NCBI RefSeq assembly: GCF_004010195.1
Contig: NC_057719.1
Location: forward strand, 60,644,925 to 60,664,924
Origin: Chiloscyllium plagiosum
Lineage: Eukaryota
Direction: 5' to 3'
DNA: 20,000 bases
Shown here: positions 1-9,420 of the stretch, piece by piece
How the letters are laid out: the number at the start of each line of letters is the position of its first letter
Numbering within the stretch: position 1 is the stretch's first letter
Notes under the pieces: generated by a model
Told to the model about the DNA's origin: nothing
The model's database searches: none
The model's input: the letters and a program-made list of their open reading frames with translations, nothing else
Position numbers and translations under genes: made by a program

Positions 1-298
1 ACTTACAGTGTGGAAACAGGCCCTTCAGCCCAACAAGTCCATGCCGACCCTCCAAAGAGCAACCCACCCAGATCCATTCCCTACACTTATCCCTTTGCCT
101 AACACTACAGGCAATTTAGCATGGCCAATTCACCTAACCTGCACATTTTTGGACTGTGGGAGGAAAACAGAGCACCCGGAGGAAACCCACACAGACATGG
201 GGAGAATGTGCAAACTCCACACAGACAGTTGCCTGAGGCGGGAATTGAACACGGGTCTCTGGCACTGTGAGGCAGCAGTGCTAACTACTGTGCCACCT
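1..298 (-). mobile_element. tRNA-derived SINE (HE1-like, elasmobranch)
   Basis: Minus strand begins GGTGGCACAGTAGTTAGCACTGCTGCCTCACAG (A box) then GTTCAATTCC (B box). Body TGTGTGGAGTTTGCACATTC and CR1-like tail GGGCCTGTTTCCACACTGTA are shared with the copy at 5688-5935. Confidence 0.85.
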
Positions 299-304
299 TG
301 CCTT

Positions 305-947
305 GCTTTAATGACCGGCACTATGACTTTATGCGCCTGAGGTCTTTCACCTCTTTTCCACTCTCTCGGGCTTCTTTTTTTAAACTGTGGTAAACACTTA
401 CCAGTGTTCTCTACTCTTTGTCTCATCATGGAGGTTCTCCCCTTCTCCCAAATTCTATGCCTCACAGAACAGAATTCTGGCCAGAAGCTTGTCTAATGCA
501 CCTGCATGTACTCATCTGCTAATCTTACTGCCCTTCTCACTCTCTGAACTTTCTGTTCATCCACATGAATTCTTACCATCTCTGGAAGTGAGTTTTTAAA
601 CTCCTCCAGCGCAAAAATCTCTCTTAGAGCCTCATAGGTCGTATCTAGCTGTAAGGCCTGCACCTATCTATCAAAATGATTATGTTTAATTCTTTCAAAC
701 TCTACATGAGTATGACCTGGTTCCTCCTTCATGTTTCTGAACTGGTGTCTATGTGCTTCTGGTACTAATTCGTAAGCACTTAAAATAGCTGTTGACCTCT
801 TCATAATCTCTTGACCCCTCATCTGACAGCGCGGGAAATACCTCACTAGCTCTGCCTACTAGTTTAGTCTGAATTAGCATTACTCATAAATCCTCGGACC
901 ACCCCATTTGCCAAGACAATTTTTTAAATGAAATAAAGAAGGCTTTG
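305..947 (-). pseudogene. Decayed Gypsy gag, C-terminal part (SCAN-like capsid region)
   Basis: Hand translation with frameshifts/stops: KAFFISF..LIQTKLVGRASEVFPALSDE..DYEEV..AILSAYELVPEAHRHQFRNMKEEPGHTHVEFERIK..FDR..LREIFALEEFKNSLPEMVRIHVDEQKV..AVRLADEY, typical of Gmr1-like Gypsy Gag. Confidence 0.8.
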
Positions 948-2364
948 ACATAGAGTCATAGGGATGACAGCATGGAAACAGACCCTTCAGTCCAACCTGT
1001 CCATGCCGACCAGATACTTCACCCCAATCTAGTCCCACCTGCCAGCACCTGGCGCATATCCCTCCAAATCCTTCCTATTCACATACTCATCCAGATGCCT
1101 TTTAAATGTTGCAATTGTACTTGCCTCCACTATTTCCTCTTGCAGCCCATTCCACATAGGCACCACCCTCTGCGTCAAAACTTTGCCCTTTAGGTCTCTT
1201 TTAGATCTTTCCCCTCTCACCCTAAACCTATGTCTTGTAGTTATGGGCTCCCCCACCCAAGGGAAAAGACCTTGTCTATTTAACCTGTCCATGCGCCTCA
1301 TGATTTTATAAACCTCTATAAAGGTCACCTCTCAGCCTCTGATGTTCCATGGAAAACAGCCCCAGTCTATTCAACCCTTCCCCATAGTTCAAATCCTCCA
1401 ACCCTGGCAACACCCTTGTAAATCTTTTCTGAACCCTCTCAAGTTTCACAACATCCTTCTGATAAGGAGACCAGAATTGCACACAATATTCCAAAAGTGG
1501 CCTTATCAATGTTCTACAGCCGCAACATGACCTCCCAACTCCTGTACTCAATACTCTGACCAATAAAGGAAAGCAGACCAAATGCCTTCTTCACTATCCT
1601 ATCTACCTGCGACTCCACTTTCAAGGAGCTATGAATCTGCACTCCAAGGTCTCCTTGTTCAGCAACACTCCCTAGGACCTTACCATTCAGTGTATAAGTC
1701 CTGCCCTGATTTGTCTTTCCAAAATGCAGCACCTTGCATTTATCTAAATTAAACTCCATCTGCCACTCCTCAGCCCATTGGCCCATCTGATCAAGATCCC
1801 ATTGTAATCCGAGGTAACCTTCTTAGCTGTCCACTATACCTCCAATTTTGGTGTCGTCTGCAAACTTACTAACTGTACCTCTTGTGCTCACATCCAAATC
1901 ATTTATCTAAATGATGAAAAGTACTGAACCCAACACCGATCCTTGTGGCACTCCACTGGTCATAGGCCTCCAGTCTGAAAAACAATCCATTGCCACTACC
2001 CTCTGTCCTTTACCTTAGAGCCAATTCTGTATCCAACTTGTTAGTTTTCCCTGTAGTCCGTTAGACCTAACCTTGTGAACCAGTCTCCCATGGAGAACCG
2101 TCTCGAACACCTTACTGAAATCCATATAGATGATGTCTACCACTCTGCTCTCAACAATCCTCTTGGTTACTTCTTCAAAAAATTCAATCAAGTTTGTGAG
2201 ACATGATTTCCCACGCCCAAAGCCATGTTGACTCTTTAATCAGTCCTTGCCTTTCCAAATACATGTACATGCTGTCCCCCAGGATTCCCTCCAACAACTT
2301 GCCCACCACCGACATCAGGCTCACTGGTCTATAGATCCCTGGCATCTCCTTACCTCCTTTCTTA
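948..2364 (-). mobile_element. CR1 LINE ORF2 (RT domain to 3' tail), decayed
   Basis: KKGGKEMPGIYRPVSLMSVVGKLLEGIL, WAEEWQMEFNLDKCKVLHFG, RPLLEYCVQFWSPY, LERVQKRFTR, HRFRVRGE..WNGL. Short tandem tail CTATGACTCTATG at about 948-960. Confidence 0.95.
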
Positions 2365-2416
2365 GCTGAGCGAAAAGAGAGAAAATTTGAACTTGAGAAG
2401 TTGCGGCCAGGCAAGT

Positions 2417-3597
2417 TATTTGGGTGGAACTGAGAAATAACAAAGGGATGATCACCTTATGAGGATTGTATTATAGACCCCATAATAGTCAGCGGGAAAT
2501 TGAGAAACAGATTTGTAAGGAGATTTCAGTTATCTGTCAGAATAATAGGGTAGTTAAGGCAGGGGATTTTAACTTCCAAATGTAGACTGGGACTGTAATA
2601 GTGCTAAGGATTTAAATAGGGAGGACTTGAAGTGTGTACAAGACAATTTTCTGATTCAGTATGTGGATGTACCTACTAGAGAAGGTGCAAAACTTGACCT
2701 ACTCTTAGAAAATAAGGCAGGGCAAGTGTCTATGGTGTCAGTGGGGGAGCACTTTGGGGCCAGTGACCATAATTCTATTAGATTTAAAATAGTGATGGAA
2801 AAGGATAGACCAGATCTAAAAGTTGAAGTTCTGAATTGGAGGAAGGCTCATTTTGACGGTATTAGGCAAGAACTTTCAAAAGCTGATTGGGGGCAGATGT
2901 TCACAGGTAAAGGGATAGCTGGAAAACGGTAGGCCTTCAGAAATGAGATAACAAGAATCCAGAGACAGTACATTCCTCTTAGGGTGAAAGGAAAGGCTGG
3001 TCGGTGTAGGGAATGCTGAATGACGAGAGAAATTGAGGGTTTGTTTAAGAAAAAGAAGGAAGTATCTGTCAGGTATAGACAGGAGAGATCAAGTGAATCC
3101 TTAGAAGAGTATAAAGGCAGTAGGAGTATACTTAAGAGGGAAATCAGGAGGGCAAAAAAGGGACATGAGGTAGCTTTCGCAAATAGGGTTAAGGAGAATC
3201 CAAAGGGTTTTTACAAATACATTAAGGACAAAAGGGTAACTAAGGAGAGAATAGGGCCCCCCCTCAAAGATCAGCAAGGCGGCCTTTGTGTGAAGCCTCA
3301 GGAGAGGGGGGAGATACTAAACAAGTATTTTGCATCAGTGCTTACTGTGGAAAAGGACATGGAAGATATAGAATGTAGGGAAATAAATGGTGACATCTTG
3401 ATAAATTTTTTTATTACACAGGAGAAGGATGTGCTGGATGTCTTGAAATGCATAAAATGGATAAATCCCCAGAACCTGATCAGGTGTACCCTTGAACTCC
3501 GTGGGAATCGAGGGAAGTGGTTGCTGGGCCTCTTGCTGAAATATTTGTATCATCAATAATCACAGATGAGGTGCCAGAAGACTGGAGGTTGGCTAAT
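2417..3597 (+). mobile_element. Inverted segment of the same CR1 ORF2 (AP endonuclease to start of RT)
   Basis: IWVELRNNKG..GLYYRP..GDFN, QYVDVPTREGAKLDLLL, GASDHNSIRF, KENPKGFYKYIK, EILNKYFASV, ending EVPEDWRLAN. In CR1 ORF2 this motif lies just before the KKGG..YRPVSL that begins the minus-strand part at ~2363. Confidence 0.92.
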
Positions 3598-3881
3598 TTT
3601 CTTGTACCCACTTAAATTCCTCTTTATCTAAATCCTTAGCATTATGACAGTCCCAGTCTATGTTTGGAAGTTAAAACCCCCTGCCTTAACCACCCTATTA
3701 TTCTGACAGATAACTGAAATCTCCTTACAAATCTGTTTCTCAATTTCCCACTGACTATTATGGGATCAAAATACAATCCTAATAAAGTGATCATCCCTTT
3801 CTTATTTCTCAGTTCCACCCAAACAACTTGCCTGGCCGCAACTTCTCAAGTTCAAATTCTCTCTTTTTGCTCAGCTAAGAA
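3595..3881 (-). repeat. Inverted duplicate (~285 bp) of 2359-2648 spanning the gag/CR1 5' junction
   Basis: Reverse complement reads TTCTTAGCTGAGCAAAAAGAGAG..TTTGAACTTGAGAAGTTGCGGCCAGGCAAGTT.TTTGGGTGGAACTGAGAAATAA..GTACAAGA.AATT, collinear with 2359-2648 at roughly 90% identity by eye. Confidence 0.93.
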
Positions 3882-4293
3882 TCTCTCTTTCTTTTACCTC
3901 TCTCTCTCTCCTCCCTCTCTTTCTCTTTCCCTTTCTTTTCTCTCTATTTCTATTTCTCTCTCCCTTTCATCTCTCTCTTTGCTCATATAAAAACCTGCTC
4001 GCTTTTTCCTCATTCACCCTTTCCCTTCTCTCTCTCTTTTGTTTATCTTCTTGCTCCATTTATCTCAATTGTAATTTTGTTTTATCTGACTCTACTGCAT
4101 TGTCTGTTTCTCTGACACTCCTAAATGTTTGAGTAATTCCCTTCCATTTTCAACTGTACTTTTGTCCTTGGTCAATTCTAACCTCTTTGCTCATTCTCAG
4201 AGTATGGCCTTTTCCTTTTCTTTCTAAACTTTCTTGGCAAATTTGGGAATCATCTTCAAACCTCAGAATCCCTTTAGCAACTTTAAGAGCCAT
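3825..4293 (-). pseudogene. Decayed Gypsy gag, N-terminal part with E/R/K-rich coiled coil
   Basis: ATG at 4293 (MALKVAKGILRFEDDSQICQESLE..) lies downstream of the LTR/PBS/leader. Purine-rich GAGAGA tract (3880-4040) ends ..FELEKLR. Same strand as the gag remainder at 305-947. Confidence 0.65.
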
Positions 4294-4400
4294 TTCTCTC
4301 ATTTATAATTTAACCAACCACAAGTAATTGAAATTAAACAAATTGTCCCACTTACGTTTTACTTGAAAAGCTAGGACACTAACTGGCAAGTGTTCAAATA

Positions 4401-4610
4401 CTGGAAATGTGTTGCTGGAAAAGCGCAGCAGGTCAGGCAGCATCCAGGGAACAGGAGAATCGACGTTTTGGGCATAAGCCCTTCAAGGAAGGGCTTATGC
4501 CCAAAACGTCGATTCTCCTGTTCCCTGGATGCTGCCTGACCTGCTACGCTTTTCCAGCAACACATTTCCAGCTCTGATCTCCAGCATCTGCAGACCTCAC
4601 TTTCTCCTCA
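4401..4610. mobile_element. Fold-back Penelope-like short insertion, copy 1
   Basis: 84-bp arms 4401-4484/4488-4571 (1 mismatch), tail ..GCATCTGCAGACCTCACTTTCTCC, TSD AAGTGTT(C/T)AAATA at 4388-4400 and 4611-4623. Confidence 0.85.
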
Positions 4611-4730
4611 AAGTGTTTAAATATGCTGGGCTTTTGTCATAGCCCAAATCTATTCAAAACTGTCCAAATCTCAGAGTGGCTCTGTCTAAAGCTGTTCAAA
4701 TCACAAATCCAAGACCCAAATTGTTCAAAT

Positions 4731-4751
4731 CCTGGCAACAAGACCCCAAAA
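4731..4751 (-). promoter_or_regulatory. Degenerate primer-binding site (tRNA-Pro-like)
   Basis: Directly after the LTR end (..TCATAACA) the minus strand reads TTTTGGGGTCTTGTTGCCAGG, resembling the TGGGGGCTCGTCCGGGAT tRNA-Pro PBS. Confidence 0.5.
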
Positions 4752-5440
4752 TGTTATGACATGGGGTAAGCCCCTCTGCTAATTTAAACCCGACACACAG
4801 AGAAGCTCACCTTGCGCCATAATCTGTTAAATTTCAATAGGCAAAGAACTATCCCAGATTTCACAATTTAAAGTAAAAATTAACAATTTTATTCTTTAGG
4901 TCCAACAGAAAATATTAAAACCACAACCATTTATAAAAACCTTTCTCTTAAACCTATCTTTTACCTCCCATTCTACAATTCTGATCCAATAAATTCCCTC
5001 TTAAATTTACAGCAAATCTGTTTCAAACCCAGTTGTCATCTTCAGATGTAAAACCTTCTTTGCAGATTTCTCTAGGTCAGCTGCACAAATTTCATGGATA
5101 TGTCCCATTCAGGGAGCTATTCTGTGAGTGCTCTATGCTGTTCTCTCCTTTACTGTTGAAAATGTCTGATATTATACCCCAAAACACCAGACCATTTCAT
5201 TGGTTTGATATCATCCCAAACAGTAAAATTCAAATTCAATTACATTTTGGTAACTGGGGCATAATTTAAGCTGATTGGCCAAATTTGAATTTGTTTTATT
5301 CCATGGCAATGCAACCAAAGCTATTTGTTTCAATCAAATCTTACATTTTTAAATAGTTCAGCATGCGCTTTGCTTTCAGTCAGTCCTTCCCAGCTTCCTC
5401 TCTTGCTTAAAAGTTACAGTACACCTCCATCTTCATAACA
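4752..5440 (-). mobile_element. 5' LTR (689 bp) of Gypsy element
   Basis: Perfect 8-bp terminal inverted repeats TGTTATGA (4752) and TCATAACA (5440), followed on the minus strand by a PBS-like sequence, leader and gag. Confidence 0.8.
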
Positions 5441-5687
5441 ACCTGTGCACACAGGTCTCTCCTGAACACCCTTTAGAATAGTATATTTTATTTTTTACTG
5501 TCTCTCCATGTTCTTTCTGTCAAAGTATATCACCTCACACTTCTTCGCATTCAACCTCAGTTGCTATCGTCCTCTGCCTCCTCCAGGATAATGTTAATAT
5601 CTTTTTGAAATTTTACACTAACTTCCTCACAATTCATCCATAACTTGCAATGTTTGCAATTGGTCTCTACAGTCCAATACCAAGACT

Positions 5688-5935
5688 ATTCTAGCGTCGG
5701 GTGACTGTTTGTGTGGAGTTTGCACATTCACCCCGAGTCAGCGTGGGTTTGCTCCAGTTTCCTCCTACAGTCCAAAGATGTGCAGGTCAGGTGAATTGGC
5801 CATGCTAAATTGTCCATAGTGTTAAGTGCATTAGTCAGAGGGAAATGGGTCTGGGTGGGTTACTCTTCAGAGGGTCAGTGTGGACTGGTTGGGCCGAAGG
5901 GCCTGTTTCCATGCTGTAGGGAATCTAATCTAATC
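5688..5935 (+). mobile_element. HE1-like SINE, 5'-truncated
   Basis: TGTGTGGAGTTTGCACATTC..GTGAATTGGCCATGCTAAATTG..GGGCCTGTTTCCATGCTGTA with an (AATCT)n tail. Homologous to 1-298. Confidence 0.85.
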
Positions 5936-6771
5936 ATGAACATATTTCAGGAAAAGATCCCAATTCTGAATTCAGGGGAACTCCACAGCAAGCCTTCATT
6001 CAGCCTAAAACATATCTATTGGATAAAATGGATCAAGCCTGCCTTTACCATTCTGAACTTCCAGATCTGAAGATTGTATTAGAGCAGCTGAAAATAAAGC
6101 ATTGAAAGCAGCTCTAAAATATTAAAAGAAAACAAGAGTTGGAGAGATCCAACAACTTTAAAGATACATCTGAACTGAAGCTCAGATACTGGCACTGACA
6201 CAATGTAATCAAGCTTTAGAGCCCTGAAAATAAAATGACTCTTGACAGAATCAGCCAGTGTTATGCAATTAACACAAAAAACTTCAGAACTTGAAGATTA
6301 CAGAGCACTATTATCTCAGGAAAACATTCTGCATACAATCAATGAATGTTGACTTTACAGTGGAAAAAGAAAAATATTGAAAGGAAGAAAAAAATTCTAT
6401 TTAACTTTTGCAGAAGATTATCAGACAGGAGCAAGTCCATGTTAAGGATGACAATTACCTGCACAATTAAACATTACCTTTAGAAAAAATAGTAAAACAC
6501 AGGCAAGTAAACCAAATTTCCATTGCTATGCAAGAATTTTTGATACATCTTGGAGCACAAGTCTATTTCCTCACAAGAAATTATACATTTTCCCTTTCTG
6601 AAAGAATTCCAGAAAATTTCCTGCTTGCAGAGAAGCTAAAATACCACTCCAACCCTGAAATGAATCTCCCAGAAAATGATAAGGGGAGGTGAGAGTTATA
6701 GTCCTTGACATCAAGGCTGCATTAGGGCACAAACTCTCCACTGGTTGGAGTCAGACCTCGCACATAGGAAG

Positions 6772-6981
6772 TTAAGAGCTGAAAATGTGTTGCTGGAAAA
6801 GCGCAGCAGGTCAGGCAGCATCCAGGGAACAGGAGAATCGACGTTTCGGGCATAAGCCCTTCTTCAGGCTTATGCCCGAAACGTCGATTCTCCTGTTCCC
6901 TGGATGCTGCCTGACCTGCTGCGCTTTTCCAGCAACACATTTTCAGCTCTGATCTCCAGCATCTGCAGACCTCACTTTCTC
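6772..6981. mobile_element. Fold-back Penelope-like short insertion, copy 2
   Basis: Perfect 84-bp arms 6775-6858/6867-6950, same tail as copy 1, TSD CACATAGGAAG at 6761-6771 and 6982-6992. Confidence 0.88.
6833..6870 (-). ncRNA. Minimal type I hammerhead ribozyme motif
   Basis: Minus strand CUGAAGA-A-GGGC UUAU GCCC-GAAA-C-GUC^GAUUC contains both core boxes, stem II and the GUC cleavage triplet. Confidence 0.6.
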
Positions 6982-8443
6982 CACATAGGAAGGTAATCAT
7001 GGTTATTGGAGGTCAGCTCCAGGACATTGTTCAATCAGTTCCTCAGGATAGTGTCCTTGGACTAATCATCTTCAGCTGCTTCATCGATGACCTTCGTTCC
7101 ATCATAAGGACAGAAGTAGTGATTTTCGCTGTGATTGCACAATGTTCGGCACCATTCACAATTCTTCTGATACTGAAATAGTCCATGTTCAAATGCAATA
7201 ATACCTGGACAATAGCTAACAAGAGGCAAGTAACATTCACGCCACACAAATGGCAGGCTATGACCATCACCAATAAGAGACAAATCTAACCACCAGCCCT
7301 TATCATTCATTGAATCCCCCCACTATCAACATCCTTGAGGTTACCATTGACCAGAAGCATAATTGGTCTTGCCATATAAACACAGTAGTTTCAAGAGCAG
7401 GTCAGAGGCAAGGAATACTGCTGGGACTAACTAATCTCCTGACCTCCCCAAAGCCCACTATCTACAAGGCACAGGTTAGGAGCATGATGGAATACTCTGC
7501 ACTTGCCTGGATGGCACATTTCCAACAACACTCAAGAAGCTTGACATCATTCAGGTTAAAGCAGCTGTTTGATTAGAACAACATCCACATCGTTGTTCTT
7601 TCACTGTTGCTGGGCCAAAATCCCGGAACTTATCTTCCTAAGGGCATTGTGGATCAAGCCACAGCAAATGGACTGCAGCAGTTCAAGAAGGTGGCTCACC
7701 GCCAAATAGGGGTAGTAATAAATCCTGGCCAGCCACAGATTCCCACATCCCACAAATGAATAAAAAAGAAATTCCTATACATCCTCCCAGAGAGATGAGA
7801 ATGTTATTGGAAATTAATCCCTCAAGTCAAAGAAGCTGTCTGGGGTCATGGGGGAGGGTTCAAGATGGGAGGAGAGTCGGAATGAAGAGTAAAAGTTTTA
7901 TGGTGAAATGATGCATTATAAAATAACTTGGGGGAACATGCAGAGTAAAATGTTAATAATGTTTACAACAAGAATAGTGACTAAACATATGCGAAAGAAA
8001 CTGTCAGAGTGATGTCAGATCACATGTAATTAGAGGCAACATATCCTCCCTTACCATAGTTATGTTTAATAAAGCCTGATAAACCTCATTGAAAGTATAG
8101 TTATCATATTTCTACAGAAGGGGAATTAAAAGTGAAGTTGTTAGTTGTGAGAACAATTTCATCCAGATGGAGAATGGGGGTGATGGATGAGGAGTGGTTG
8201 GTCCTCCATTCAAGGAAAATGCAGAAAGCCATCAGGCATCTCTAATGGCAGCTGAAGAGTTGAGAAAGTGATACAAAGGGGATGGTTTGGACCAGGAAAT
8301 TGGAAAATGTAAGAGGGGATGAGGACATTGGAAGAGTCATGGATGCTGTTAGGAAGAGGCTGGACAACAGAACAGAATGGGAAGAAGGTAAAAGCACTGT
8401 GCTTGTCTGGAGACTATGAGGTTAGAGGCTGTGGAGGAAAGAA

Positions 8444-8580
8444 TTTAGAAACATAGAACAATACAGCGCAGAACAGGCCCTTCGGCCCTCGATGTTGCGC
8501 CGACCTGTGAACTATTCTCAGCTCGTCCCCCTACACTATCCCAAAATCATCCATGTGCTTATCTAAGGATTGTTTAAATC
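8444..8580 (-). mobile_element. Short young CR1 3'-end fragment
   Basis: Minus strand GATTTAAACAATCCTTAGATAAGCACATGGATG..GGGCCGAAGGGCCTGTTCTGCGCTGTATTGTTCTATGTTTCTA is a CR1 3' UTR plus tail, with CpGs retained. Confidence 0.75.
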
Positions 8581-8896
8581 TGAAAAGAGATGACATCAGT
8601 GACAGTTTTGGAAACAATTGCTTTATGAGAAGTGGTATCATAGTCCAGGTGAAGTAAGAAGGGTTTTCAGAGAGCTTTTATTCATCCTACAGCAGGTAAA
8701 GATCAGTCTGCCAAATAAGAACAATGTCATCTTTATTAGCACTTTTATGACAGTATTACTGTTAGAGATGGGATCATATAGTCCTGCACATTCACAGAAA
8801 GATAAATTAGAGTGAGTGCCAGATCTTAAGACAACTCCTTATGTCTATTGCGCCCTTACAAATCCTGAAGGGCTGTCAAATGCATTTAGTTTTCAC

Positions 8897-8924
8897 TTTC
8901 GCTGTGATTGCACAATGTTCGGCA
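8897..8924 (+). repeat. Exact 28-bp direct copy of 7124-7151
   Basis: TTTCGCTGTGATTGCACAATGTTCGGCA is present identically at both positions. Confidence 0.95.
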
Positions 8925-9349
8925 GTTCCATTCTCCTCCTCTATGCAACTTTTTCACATTTTATCCATAAACACCAATAGCTCCCCACTAATTTCCCATT
9001 AACTATACTCATGTGTCCCAGAACTTTCTAGTTTGTTGTGATGGCCATTTAAAATTACTAACTGTTGCTTCCCATACTTAAATGAGCTCTGCAAAAAGCT
9101 CAAGGAGCAATTATTTGTTGGTGTGTGGATAACTAGCTCTGTACTTCTGCTAAAACTTTGAAAATCTAAATGCATCATTGAGACATTCGGAATCAGTGAT
9201 ACCTTTCAATTGCCTGCTTTTCTGGGACCACCAGCATCTGATTATGCCTCCATGGTTGACTGAAAATCCCTTCATTGATACATTTTCAGGTTCTCCACAA
9301 CTTTAATTATAGTCAATTTTAATCAACCTGTTCAGATATTTTATGTCTC

Positions 9350-9420
9350 TCCCCCAGAGCAGAAGAAACTTGAACTCAGCCTTCTGGCTCAGACATACCC
9401 TGTGCTATAAGAGCCACAGA
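9350..9420 (-). mobile_element. Old tRNA-SINE head remnant
   Basis: Minus strand CTGTGGCTC..TAGCA..CTGAGCCAGAAGGCTGAGTTCAAGT shows an A/B-box-like layout. Confidence 0.35.

Larger units (their letters stand above)
6680..7768 (+). mobile_element. CR1/L2-group LINE 3' fragment (RT to 3' UTR), decayed, interrupted at 6772-6981
   Basis: LDIKAA, VPQDSVLGLIIFSCFIDDL, frameshifted FADDC motif, ILEVTIDQKHNWSCHIN, TIYKAQVRSMMEYS. Ends AATGAATAAAAAA. Confidence 0.85.

Noticed and set aside
8..599. ORFs of 110, 111 and 70 aa
   Set aside because: They run through a SINE and decayed gag and are chance frames in repeats.
2627..3559. 101- and 179-aa ORFs as host genes
   Set aside because: Fragments of CR1 ORF2 bounded by stops and frameshifts.
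3880..4040. CT-rich tract as an independent microsatellite
   Set aside because: Better explained as the E/R/K-rich coiled-coil part of gag on the minus strand.
4401..4610. Palindromic elements as classical MITEs or CRISPR-like repeats
   Set aside because: They have an asymmetric tail outside the palindrome, variable 11-15 bp TSDs and variable apices. They are dispersed, with no spacer array.
4371..7000. Repeated 'MCCWKS.AGQAASREQENRRFGHKP' ORFs as a small-protein family
   Set aside because: They are translations of the palindromic repeat, with no evidence of coding selection.
8100..8800. Possible ancient L2 remnant on the minus strand
   Set aside because: Only faint purine-rich and motif resemblance. 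I could not recover a convincing translation.
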